Program-made: the position numbers and the translations under genes
Part shown: piece after piece, positions 13,008-25,299 of the stretch
How positions within the stretch are numbered: position 1 is the first letter of the stretch
Layout of the letters: each line of letters starts with the position of its first letter
Notes under the pieces: generated by a model
Told to the model about the DNA's origin: nothing
The model's database searches: none
The model's input: the letters and a program-made list of their open reading frames with translations, nothing else
From: Eledone cirrhosa
Lineage: Eukaryota
Assembly (NCBI GenBank): GCA_964016885.1
Contig: CAXHJY010000912.1
Span: 77,216 to 141,215, forward strand
Direction: 5' to 3'
Length of the DNA stretch: 64,000 nucleotides

Positions 13008-13804
13008 AGTAATCCCCCTGGAGTATCTAACTGTAATCTTAGCTCTCTGCAGCGATCAAACTTTTTTCTTCATAATTTTATATACATGTCCTCTGTTTCA
13101 GGTCGTCAAGCAATGAGCACAGAGCAACGAACAAACTTGAAGTTTCTGGCACAGTTGGGGAAAACTCCATCAGAAGCACTGGGATTGCTGCAGCAAGTAT
13201 ATGGAGATGAGACGATGTCACGCTCACGTGTTTTTGAGTGGTGCAAGAGGTTTAAAGAAGGACACGAGGACGTGGAAGATGACCCCAGGAGCGGAAGGCC
13301 CTCAACAACCAGGACTGAGGTCAATGTTGAGCGCGTCAGGCAGATGGTGCGTAGCGATCGTCGGCTGACTGTTCGACTGATGGCAAATGAGCTGGGCATG
13401 AATCGGGACAGCGACTGGAATATTCTCACTGAAGATTTGGACATGCGGAAAGTCTGCGCGAAGATGGTGCCAAAACTGCTGAACAATGACCAGAAGGGTC
13501 GACGCATGCAAGTGCACCAGACTTGCTAGGGACAGTCATCACTGGTGATGAGTCATGGATCTTCGAGTACGATCCGGAGGGGACCCGTTTTGAAGACATG
13601 GACGACATCAAAAAGGCTGTGACGACGGAACTGCGGAGGATCCCGGAAGAATCCTTCCAGGAGTGCATGCAAGCATGGCAGAAAAGGATAGAAAAGTGCA
13701 TTACACTCCAGGGGGATTACTTTGAAGGAGAAAACTCAGTGTGAAGTTTGGGTTTGAAATAAATCTTTTGTGACATCAGTCCTGGAACTTTTCTGACACA
13801 CCTC

Positions 13805-13805
<1 letters not shown>
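13008..13805 (+). mobile_element. Mariner element, internally deleted and 5'-truncated (non-autonomous)
   Basis: Transposase motifs and right TIR CAGTCCTGGAACTTTTCTGACACACCTCG followed by TA. Confidence 0.92.
13113..13744 (+). pseudogene. Mariner transposase pseudogene
   Basis: HTH region MSTEQRTNLKF...WCKRFKEG...RSGRP, KMVPKLL (WVPREL-like), ITGDESW..YDPE joined directly to GTRF...GDYFEG; frameshift near 13520; second and third catalytic Asp regions absent. Confidence 0.92.
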
Positions 13806-13852
<47 letters not shown>

Positions 13853-13903
13853 AAATAAAATAAAATAAATAAGTCAAATGTTTAAAATTTGGCTTCGTTT
13901 ATT

Positions 13904-13958
13904 ACTGCTATATATATTTCGGTGACAGCCATCTTTAGCTGTGACCTCTTCAGGCAGT
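13904..13958 (-). ncRNA. Minimal type I hammerhead ribozyme, intact core
   Basis: Minus strand ACTGC CTGAAGA GGTCACAGCTA AAGA TGGCTGTCACC GAAA TATATA TA GCAGT: stem I ACTGC/GCAGT, CUGANGA, 11-bp stem II, GAAA, short stem III with palindromic loop, UA cleavage site. Confidence 0.8.
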
Positions 13959-14096
13959 TCGAATTAGTGTGGTAGAGACGAGTACACATGTTGTTGAGGT
14001 GTATAACTTTGTCAATACTCTGATATGCATATCAGAGTATTGACAAAGTTATACACCTCAACAACATGTGTACTCGTCTCTCCCACACTAATTCGA

Positions 14097-14151
14097 ACTG
14101 CCTGAAGAGGTCACAGCCAAAGATGGCTGTCACTGAATTATATATAGCAGT
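14097..14151 (+). ncRNA. Hammerhead ribozyme copy with core mutation (GAAA to GAAT)
   Basis: ACTGC CTGAAGA GGTCACAGCCA AAGA TGGCTGTCACT GAAT TATATA TA GCAGT. Confidence 0.65.
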
Positions 14152-14312
14152 AATAAACGAAGCCAAATTTTAGACATTTGACTTATTTATTTTATTTTAT
14201 ATTACTCCGGAGTAACCAAACCAACCTGCGCACTTCGTCGAGTGCTCCAATCTGCATACTGAGGTGTTGGTATACAACCAACATATACTCAAAATTTATG
14301 TGTATGTATGTG

Positions 14313-14351
<39 letters not shown>

Positions 14352-15525
14352 TGTGTCGTGTGTGTGTGTGTACCCACACACATACACAAAGAAAGAGAGG
14401 AGTGAGAGATAAAAATATTTTTTTGCATTGAATAAATCAGGTATTGTCCAAACTCTGAATTGATCAAAGAATGATGTACTCTGCTGTCCTATATTGAAAT
14501 ATTATTAAATAAATGAAAAATTATAAGATATTGAGTGATGCCATTCTTTGCAATGAATATTAAAACTGCTACAATTTCCAAGAAACCTATTTTCATCTAC
14601 TCATTTATTTTGTTCTTCCTTCTTTACTTCTCTTCTTCTTTACCATCTTTCTGTAGAAGATTTGTGAATGAGTATAGTGACCTAGTTATATATAAATATA
14701 AGAAGATATTCTTATATTTATTACTTTCCTCGTTGCCCATAAAATATTCATAATTTTACAGCAGCAACTCCTCTCTATTAATAGGTTCCACATCTCACCT
14801 CACAGACACAGAACTGCAAATAGTTTAAGTATGCAATAAAAGTAAATTTAGAGTCGAATGCTTTTTGTGTTTTAAATTAACAATAAGCAAAATGCACTTG
14901 TCATTTGTCCAGTTCTTGGCCAATATTTCACTGATGATAATAAGCTAAACATTTTCAAATATTTTAAATGTTTTATAGTTCTCAGCAACTGTTTATTAAC
15001 CCCTTAAGTATGGACATACATACTATACTACATATTCTTAAGTGATTGAAAAGATAATATTATTGCTCTTATTTATTATTATGTACATTAACAAGAACGA
15101 AAGAAAAAAAATTAAATTGCTACTAAAGTGTTGTCCACCTTTAAAACTATATATATACATATGATACACATACATACATATATACACACATATATATATA
15201 CACATATACATATATATATATACACATACATACATATAGATACATACACACATATATATATATACACACATATATATATATACACATATACATAAATATA
15301 TACACACATATATACATACATACATGTATCATCATCATCATCATTGCCATCACTTCTACGTCAACTTTTCCATACCGACATAGGTTGGGTGGGACATTTT
15401 AAGGCAATGTTTTACAGCCAGATGCCTTTCCTGACACTAACCCTTTTAGATGCTTCTTACGACATGCAGGGAAACAATGTTACTACACTAAACCAGTTGT
15501 GTGTGTGTGTATGTGTGTGTATGTG

Positions 15526-15584
<59 letters not shown>

Positions 15585-15586
<2 letters not shown>

Positions 15587-15728
15587 AGGCACATGGCTTA
15601 GTGGTTAGAGCATTGGCCTTGCAATCGAAAGGTTGTGAGTTCAATTCTCAGACTTGGTGATGTGTTGTTTCCTTGAGCAAGACACTTTATTTCACATTGC
15701 TCCAGTTTACTCAGCTGTAGAAATGAGA
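15585..15728 (+). mobile_element. tRNA-derived SINE, family B (CORE-like domain)
   Basis: TGGCTTAGTGGTTAGAGC A-box, GAGTTCAATTC B-box, CCTTGAGCAAGACACTT CORE-like motif. Confidence 0.8.
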
Positions 15729-16226
15729 TGATAGGGACTGGGGTCCATATCATTCCACTGCAAAGTGTTCGTAGAGGTGCCACGGCAAAAAAAGCACCCA
15801 GCACTCACTGTAAATGAGGTTGGTGTTAGGAAGGGCATCCAGCTGTAGAAATCAAGCCAAAATCAGTTTCCGTCCCACCCTTGCAAGCAGGGAAAAAGCG
15901 GACGTAAAATGAAATGATGATGATATATATATACGTGTGTGTGTGTATGCATATATACATGTGCGTGTGTACACATCTACATATATATAAAATGGCTGTT
16001 TATAAGAATTAAAAAGCTGATGCCAGTCTTAATACCAATCATGCATTCTGAAAAATATTACCCAAAGGTATCAGCCATTAATCTTGTCCTACAAAGAGTC
16101 CAAAATTACCACATTAATGCAGCACTGATAAACTAACTATAGCATATTTTACTAGATTCGCAGAAGATTGAATGCACTAGACGACACAATAATCCTCCTT
16201 GCTTTCATGTTATGCTTAGATATGTT

Positions 16227-16463
16227 TAACCATTTTCAAACCAACCTGCCCAAAACTGCATGTTTCTATAAAGCAAAACCACCCATTTTAAAAGGTTTCT
16301 AATTAAATTTAAACCTCCAAACATAATTTTATATAAAAACAACTTTGTTATGTCACAAATACCATCTTAATGAAATTATAATTTTAGTAAATCCTTCCCA
16401 AATTCTTTATTAAATAATTAAAATGCATAATATTCCAATAGAAATATGGTAACAAAAGGTTTA
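16227..16463. mobile_element. TTAA-flanked MITE, second family (degenerate)
   Basis: TTAACCATTTT...ATATGGTAACAAAAGGTTTAA ends; related copies near 2497, 42549, 44024, 44770, 52148-52576. Confidence 0.6.
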
Positions 16464-16719
16464 AGATAGGAAATTTTGTTTTTAGGCCAGTTTTAAGTAT
16501 GCTAGCCATTCAAAGTTGATTTAAAAAAAAAAAGTACTTGTATAGTACTGGGGTAGATTCTTCCTCTACATCTCTTACTCACTTCCATCCTTTGACTTTC
16601 TATCCTTCTATGTAAGAAATCTTCTGCTGTTTAAAAAATGTTCTAGAAATGCTGTATGTCTATGTGGTGCCCCTTTGACTCCCTCAGGAGTTACGGGTCC
16701 AGACATATATGAGCAAGTA

Positions 16720-17584
16720 CTTTATATACTCAGATATAAGCTGAGAAAAATCAATGGTAAAATATGGACTGGAGTGTGTGTGTGTGTGGGGGGGGGGGTC
16801 CCCCGCCCTATATTTAAGGTCAATATTTTGCCGGTTTTCACCAACTTCAAATTCTATGTAAACAGGATGTTAAAATATCTGGAGTGATTATTTTACAATG
16901 AACCATTGTCTTTATACACTTACATTGTCATTGGTGTTATCTATGCATTCCTTTGAAAATATTTCCGACAAATATTTATAATTTGTACTTTTTAATACAT
17001 AAGTATTCCATAAACACACGAACAAACATGCAAAGCAGACATATGTGTACACATACATACAGACTTAATAGTACTTTTTCTTTCCATCTTAGGTAATATT
17101 GAAATCTGATTTTATTTTATTGTTCTCACTCTCTCTCCTTTCTCACTCTTGCCTTCTCTTTTACTCACTCTACTTCTCCTCTCTCTCACATGCTGTCTCT
17201 CCTTCCTTCACTATGAATCCCTATAGAAAGTTCTCTTGTTCAATCTCTTGCTTTCAAAGTACTCCCAGCATGTGAGTGGCCGGAAATATACAAAAATTTC
17301 AGAAACTTGTTGAAATTTAACGTAATGGAAATGCATTACATAATGGAGTGATGAAATAAAAATTATACTCTAAACAACACTTAAAATATTTTAAACATCA
17401 AAATGTGAAAAACTTCATAAATATATTTCATACTGATGAAAATTTCAAAACCACATCTTCTAAACATAATATGTTCATTAGCTGCCTCAGTTTAAAAAAC
17501 GGGATTTGGATTTTTACAAATAGGGGGTTGGCTTATATTCAGATCAGCTTATATTCGGATCAGGTTATATTCAAGAACACATGG
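16720..17584. mobile_element. Non-autonomous Tc2/pogo-like DNA element (about 865 bp)
   Basis: TA + CTTTATATACTCAGATATAAGCTG left end; repeated GCTTATATTC subterminal motifs and ATATTCAAGAACACATGG + TA right end; same TIR type as 12499-12677. Confidence 0.65.
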
Positions 17585-20500
17585 TAAGTCTTATGTAAGG
17601 GTTATTATTAGGTCAACATGGTTTCTAGTTTTACCTGACTGTATGTCAGCTTGTGTAAGAGACTACTACAGCTTCACACTGACTGATACTCTAACAATCT
17701 CATAAGTCCATCATTCTGGATTGGTACTCTGTTTATTAACCCTGAAACAATGACAAGCTAAGTTGACCATGATGTGATTTGAAGTCAAAGAAGAGAGCCA
17801 GAACAAATACAAGGAATTTAACCTGCTGCTCTAACAACTTCTGTTAGTAGTTGTTTATGCTGTTAAAGCTCATACTTATTACATAGCTTTATCTGGCCTC
17901 CAATGAAATTGTGTGTCTCATAGGCAGTTTCTAAGGTGTTTTAATCATACGAAGACCACAGTCCTTTCTATCATAAAAGGACCAGTGTTGAATGTTTAAA
18001 TCACATCACAAACACCAGTGCTCTATAGACAAGGTGCCTGTGTATACTCCATTGGAAATATAATTCCTTCCCGCTAAATGGTGGGAGGAAAAAAAGAAGC
18101 ACGGAGCTGTAGAAATAATAGTTTTTAGAACAGTTGGAAAACATCCAGATTCATAACCTTGACTGAATTCCACCCACACAGAGAGAGAAAAAAAACATAC
18201 GGAAGAAGAGGAATATCTAGTGTAATAATTACAATATAATAGCAAATTATTAATGATTTATGGTAAAACTAGAACTAGTGATAATGTACATACAACATAG
18301 ATTTGGTGTCTAAATACTTCAATAGTCAGCCAGTGTAAAAGTGTACTGGCTACTTGAGATCAAGGTTAGATGGATGATTTTTGAGACAACAATTAATTCT
18401 GAAACAACATCTATGATTGCCTTAATTAGGAAATATTGGCAGAGTTCAGGAGAGAAAGTATCACATCAAAAGTGAATAAGATTCAATGTTAGTTAGTTAG
18501 TTAATGAATCAAAGACAGTACTTAACGTGAAGTATAGCAACTTATATAATAAACCTCATGGCAGAGAGGAAGTGGTAAACTTTTCCTTGTATGGCAGGTA
18601 TGGCTGTGTGATTAAGGAGTGCACTTCGCTATCACATAGTTTCGGGTTCACACACACTGTATGGTACCTTGAGTAATCTCAATCATTACTTAATGAATGA
18701 AATTTGGTAGGTAGAAACTGATTATATATCACTCACACACACACATATAATCATCATTGTGTGTGCATGCTTGCACAACCATGCAAGCATGGAAAAATAT
18801 ATGAAATTGTGCGTGCGTGTACCCATACATATATATTATATCTCATAACTCGGCAGTTCAACACAAAGAGTTCGATAAGTACGAGACATGATAAAATATG
18901 TACTATGATCAATATGATCATCTAAATTACTCACAAGGTATTGGTCAACCCAAAGCTATGGTAGGAGCATTTGCTCAAGATGTCACATAGTGAGACTGAA
19001 CCCCAAACCATTCAGTTTCTATACAAAGTCAAACTAAACAGCCATATCTGCACATGTTATGTATGAAAAAATATAATGCTCCTCTTTGCTCCAAAGCTTC
19101 ATAGAAAACTCATATAGCAACCCATTCATTCAGACATTTGCTTTTATCACAGATTTTCTTTAGGCGTAGAGTTAAATATTTCAATCCCAAAAAGGCTATT
19201 TTACAAACTACTACTACTAATACTACTAGTAGTACTACCACCACTACTGCTACTACTATTGAATTTGCCTGCATATAGAGAACTTGTTTGTTTACTTAAT
19301 ATATGCATGTGTATATTTTACTTTTAAAATACAGATATCATAATGTAAGATATTTAAATGATGCAATTTATTTAAGGAATGTTACTTGCTTTGGCTTGGG
19401 AAAAAAAAAAGAACTTTTTCGTTCTTGCATTGTAAAGGCTAGAAATTCTTCTAACTTACCAAACACTAATAGAAATTACATCTCTTAATACGAACTCTCT
19501 TAAAAAACAACCAGTTTATTGCTTTTAAAGAATGCAAACAGGAGAGAAAGCACAATAAATTTTATTGAAATATATACAGGGGCATATCTACATGGCTTGC
19601 AGAATCTACGAAATATAGCAGAAATATATTAAGAAGGACAATAATAATGAATAAAATGGAAATAAAAATGTAAATATCTAAACCTGATGGATTGCTATAT
19701 TATATATAGGATGGAGTTTAAAAACAAAAATAGGATTGGGGTATTGAATTTCATAAAAGAATTATTGTTAAAATGTAGATAAATTTTATACAGTTCTAGT
19801 TTGACACATTGCTTTACAGACCAGAATCAATTAATTTTATAATATTAAATAAATAAATTTTTTGAGGAGGAAAAAATAAAGAAAAATTGGAAAAGACTTC
19901 AACAATAACACATTATCAAAAGTCCATAATAATTTTGTCAAATTAAGATATTCCACTGGCTTTGTTAGGATGTGAATTTAACAAACGAGGGTGTGTATTA
20001 AAAAGAAAAATATGAATGTCAGTGTATTATACAAGTGTGAGCGCATGTATACACACATGAATATGCACACAAGTTATACTCTCTTTTTAAATTTGTGACA
20101 AATAAAGGATTCCTATTGGCTACACAGAAAGAAGAAAAAACAACAACAAAAAGTTATGATCATATGATTTACATAATGTAATATTTCAAAAATGGTAAAA
20201 TTTGAATTTTTCCAAGTAAAATGAAAATAAACAAATAAATAATAAAACGTCTTTATTCCGCAGGGTGTGTGTGTTTTTTGTTGATTTTTTTACTTTTTCT
20301 TTCATCCTTCTCCTTTTGTTCATTCTTTGATTATTTTCTTTTCCAGAGAATACAAAATGAGTATTGTATAAAAGAACAAATTTATTGAAGTATGAATCAG
20401 ATGGAATGAAAACAAACTGAAGAAAGCAAGCAAAGAATGGCACTAGGTGAGAAAGACAATTAGAGGAGACAAGCCTGAGGAATGCTGTTGACAATGATGA

Positions 20501-20700
20501 TGATAATGATGATGATGATGGTGATGGTGGTGATGACGCTGGTGATTTGACAATGACGATGATAGTAATGGTAATGGTGGTGGTGGTGATAATGTCAGTG
20601 TAATGTTGACAATGTTAGTGGTGGAGTTGGGGATGATAATGATAAAAATAATGGTGATAATGATGATGATATTAACACTGATAATATCAATAGCTACAAC

Positions 20701-20749
<49 letters not shown>

Positions 20750-22323
20750 CAGGTGTTTTATTAATTGGAGGAGGGGATTGAAAAGACAGCAAAAGAAAAA
20801 AAGATAGAAAAATAAATATAAAAGGAAAAAAATGCTTCAAAATAGCACTTTTCTTATATCATTTCACTCAGTAATGTTAGCCACAAGATATACCTGTAGT
20901 TACCTACTCGCTATTCAGACTTTTCTATTTATTTATTTATTTATTATTATTATTTGTTCTTAAGTACGAAACAATTCAATTTCAGTGAAAACACAGTTAG
21001 CAAGTCAATATTACCTTAAGACATTTTCATCAATGAAAAAATAAAAATAAAATAAATATTAAAATAAAAAAATAAAGAGATAAAACATAAAATTTAAAAA
21101 AGGTAAAAAAAAAATATAAATTAATAAAAATGAAAATATAATAATACACACACACACACACACACACACACATATGTATATAAAATAACGGTTCTGTATT
21201 AAAGAACTCATACATGTTAAATCAAGAAATTACAGAATTCAGATTCCAGGGACCTCTCCCTCCCAAAGACACACCAAACCAATCTATAATTCAAGGCCTA
21301 TTATTCATTAGAAGCCAAACGAAGGATAGAATACACCGATCAAGTATATGGCTTCTTCAAAGCAAGTCACCGTTATTTGAATTGAGTGTATAACAGGAAA
21401 CTTTATCTTCAACCTGCGGCTCCAATAAATAAATAAATAAACAACTACAACCCTACCTCTCTCCCTAATATAATTGTAAGCAAGGTTGGAGGTTTTTTTC
21501 TGATCACTATCACTATCCCACACCACCTTTATTTATTTTTGGTTTTATTATTTTTTTTTTGGTTTTTGCCATCTTTAACTAAATGAAGTTTTAAAATTTT
21601 TGTTGAGCTCAAGGAGTTCTCAAATTAGAAAGTTAAGCACTTCAAGAAGTGAAAATATTGAGAAGTTCATGATGACTAGCTTCGTTAAGTTAACAAGAGG
21701 GAAGGGAAGGGAGAGGGGGAGGGGGCTTGGTGGTTGTGGTGATGGGGGGGGGGGGGGGGATCAGTCATCAAGCTCTAATAATATCTTATAGTAACTAGAT
21801 TTGATTGGTGAACTGAGTTTTATAATGATATTCATCCATCCAATAACTATAGGCCCTGAAATCCTGATTGATGGAGTTGTCAGAGAATTCAAAATCTGAC
21901 AGAGTCCATCTCCTGCTAGGTTTAAGCATAGCCAATTACTTCCAGAGAAGATGAAGGAGAGAATGTTTGAAAGAAAGAGATAGGAAGTACAAGACTGGTA
22001 CTTTATCATCCTCGAAAGGATGAAAGGCAAAGTTTACCTCAACAAGATTTGAACTAAGATCACAGGAACTTCAGCATTCAATGACACTGCCAATTCTCTG
22101 TCTCTATATTGGCATAGAATACAAGATAAAATGCTTACTAATTTATATAGTCATATATAAACCATATACACGTCACCTTTTCCCCACAAAAATAGCACAG
22201 AGGGGAGGGGAGGGCAGTATGTGTCTTATCTACTAAACTTAATGAATCCTCAATTCAAAATATATGGTATATACATTTTAAATGCTGCATGTAGGATGGA
22301 TGATGTGGTGTGTGTGTGTGTAA

Positions 22324-22493
22324 AGAGTCAGGACCCCGACGGCTGAGCTCCGGTTGTTCGGATCTAGCTGCTGAAACGACCGGAGCTCAGCCGTCTGGGC
22401 CCTGACTCTGTTCCTATTACTCACTACACTACCCTAAGTATTGAGTACTTTGGTGCATTATGGTCCACCTGGTATCTTACCACACCCTCCTTT
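22324..22493. mobile_element. GC-rich fold-back with unpaired extension, probable Penelope-like terminus
   Basis: 35-bp stem 22324-22358 / 22375-22409, 16-nt loop, about 85 bp extension, flanked by microsatellites. Confidence 0.5.
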
Positions 22494-22516
22494 ATATATA
22501 TATGTGTGTGTGTTAT

Positions 22517-22821
22517 TAAAAACCAAGAGATAGCTCTAGGTTTCCATACTTAAATTTATTATATTATATAACATCCATAATGTACATTTCATTGTTATTA
22601 TGACTTATTATGTAATGGTTTACACAAGCCTAATATGTCATCATCAGGCAGATGTAAATAATGTCTATGGTATGTGAATTTACATTTATCTTATGATGAT
22701 GCATTAGACTTGTGTAACCATTAGGTAATAATGGTCTAATATCTCTGAAATGTGCATTAAGGATGTTATATAATATAAATATACTGAAGTATGGAAACAT
22801 AGAACTGTCACTTCATTTTTA
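22517..22821. mobile_element. Old inverted repeat (about 143-bp arms) with degenerate hammerhead motifs, probable Penelope-like terminal repeat
   Basis: Arms 22517-22659 and 22678-22821 align as reverse complements despite many substitutions. Confidence 0.6.
22571..22655 (-). ncRNA. Degenerate type I hammerhead ribozyme motif
   Basis: Minus strand ACATCTGC CTGATGA [long imperfect stem II] GAAA TGTACA TT ATGGATGT; palindromic TGTACA stem III; stem I mostly paired. Confidence 0.5.
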
Positions 22822-23122
22822 AATACAACAATACTCCATCAGATACCATACACATAATACCAATTCTTGCAAAATACATGGCAGATTCATTGTAAATGTA
22901 TGTAGAGTGAAAATGCAACTTATCTACTGGTATGACATATATACAGTAGTTATCACGAAATGCTTTCATTTACACAGGAAAACTTTGTAAACTTTAAAAA
23001 ATTAACCTTATATTTATTAATAAGAGATAATTATCTTAGATGCTAATGTGTTCACATGTATTCAAACTTAGATTTTTAAAAAAATTAAATAAAAAAGAAA
23101 TCACATTTAAGAAATTGGAAGA

Positions 23123-23171
<49 letters not shown>

Positions 23172-24791
23172 GCAATGAATGAATAAAGTTTTTGAAATAT
23201 TATTAAACATTATCCATGTTATTTCTGTAGTCTATTGAATTTAAATTCAAATCTGATTTCATTTTAGTGATAAGAAGTCAGAATAGAATGGCGAAATTTG
23301 TGTAAACACTTTAAAAGCAGAATGTTTGTGCAGATATGCAAAGTGAATATTGAATGTGAATATGAAAAAAATAAAATGTTTTATGTTTGTTTACTTTAGA
23401 TATCTGCAGAAACATAACATTCTGTTTTATTGTAATTTCAAAAGGGCACGGAATGGAAACAAAGCAATGGCTGTGTGGTAACAAAGTTTATTTTGTTAAT
23501 ATGTGGTTCTAGGTTAGAGTGGTAGATTGGCAGAATTGGTAAAGTGTCAGATAAAATGCCACTCCTCCTTCTGGGGTATATAAAATTAAGTACCAGTTAA
23601 GTGTTTGGATTGATTTATTCAACATTGCCCCCTTTGCCACAAATTTGCTAGGCTTCTGTCTAAATTAGAAACCAATATGTAGTTCTAGCTTCAATCTCAC
23701 CATGCAGCTCCTTGGGCAAGCCTTACAGCAGCCAACATTTTGTGGATGATATTTGGTACATGGAAACTAACTGTGTGGATCCCCACTGACCATTACACTC
23801 TCTAGGGGAGATATGGCAGAGGTTAGTGTGTCAAAGAAAAATTGCTTGAAGTATTTTATTCTGCCTTGGTTACAAGCTTTTATTTTACATCTAAGACTTT
23901 GCCACTCTATGATAAAATTTGAAAGACAGCAAAAATTAGCAAAGTCAAGTGTAGAATAAAATACTTAGTAGTATATGTTCAGGAAATCAGCGCTCTGAGC
24001 TCAAGTCTTGCTGCAGTCACCTTTGCTTTTGATCCGTTTGGGGGCCAGTAAAGAAAGAATGAACTCACTGCTAGTGCAGCTGTCACATCCTGGATGCTAT
24101 GCTCGATAAAGAGGGCAAGGCTCAAGATGATGCCTGTATCTGATCACAATGACATAGTCACTTAAATTCAGTAACAAAAGCATCGTATACAATACCAAGT
24201 CACCCTCTACCACAAGTAATAGCTATAGTCTTTGTTGTTTAGCTCTAAGTCAGCCTTGATCAAGTAGAGCTATGGTCAAAGACATTCAAGATGTGATCCA
24301 ATATTTTGTATATCTAGATCTATATTATCTATTTAATGTGCCCTTTCCTTTTTTAAAAATTATAGGGTGTGATGTGAGGGAATTTAGCTGCTATTTCTAA
24401 CAGGCTGGGCGATGGCATAGACACACAAGTAGCCTGTGGTGGAACAACAACCAATAATACATCTACTATTACTACCACCACCACAAACATTACAAAACCA
24501 CATGTAGAATAACATGCACGCATGCATGTTATTCTACATGTGCACATACACACACATACACAAACAAACATGGATTTTAAAAAATGCACGCCTGTTCTAC
24601 AAGCATTCTCTGCAGTGACATCCTTGTCCACAATCATATAAGAAAACCCACATCTTTAATCTTTGGCATTAGATGGTGTTTGAAAGGGCAATTAAAACAA
24701 GCTATGTTTATTTTTCAGTTTCAAGATAAATTATCAGAAGTAAAGACTATAAGTATAGTTCAACATAAGGAAACAATTAACCCCTCCTTTT

Positions 24792-24830
<39 letters not shown>

Positions 24831-24875
24831 CCTGTTGGGCCTATGTATGCTTGTATGTATATGTATGTATGTATG

Positions 24876-24950
<75 letters not shown>

Positions 24951-25133
24951 CATACATTGGCCCAACAGGAAATAATAGACACATACACCTATGTATGATG
25001 TCTGCAGTGAGTGTAGCAGAAAAAATACATTAAAATCAATCAATGTCACAGGGTAGAATAAATCTTCATACATTCTTTATGCTGAGATACTCATTGTGAT
25101 GTCACCATGAAATTAGAGTTTTATTTCGTTATA

Positions 25134-25233
25134 TGAGAGAGAAAGAGAGAGAGAGAGAGGGGGGAGATAGAGAGTGAGAGAGAGCGAGTGAAGAGAGAGA
25201 GAGTGAGAGAGCGAATGAAGAGAGAGAGCGAAT

Positions 25234-25299
<66 letters not shown>

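Larger units (their letters stand above)
13855..14290. mobile_element. Penelope-like terminal repeat in fold-back (inverted) configuration
   Basis: 173-bp arms 13855-14027 / 14028-14200 with 5 mismatches, no loop, hammerhead motif in each arm, about 90 bp unpaired extension on the right. Confidence 0.7.

Noticed and set aside
15585-15655. tRNA-like sequence with A and B boxes
   Set aside because: Acceptor and T stems do not pair well and it runs directly into a SINE core; it is a SINE head, not a tRNA gene
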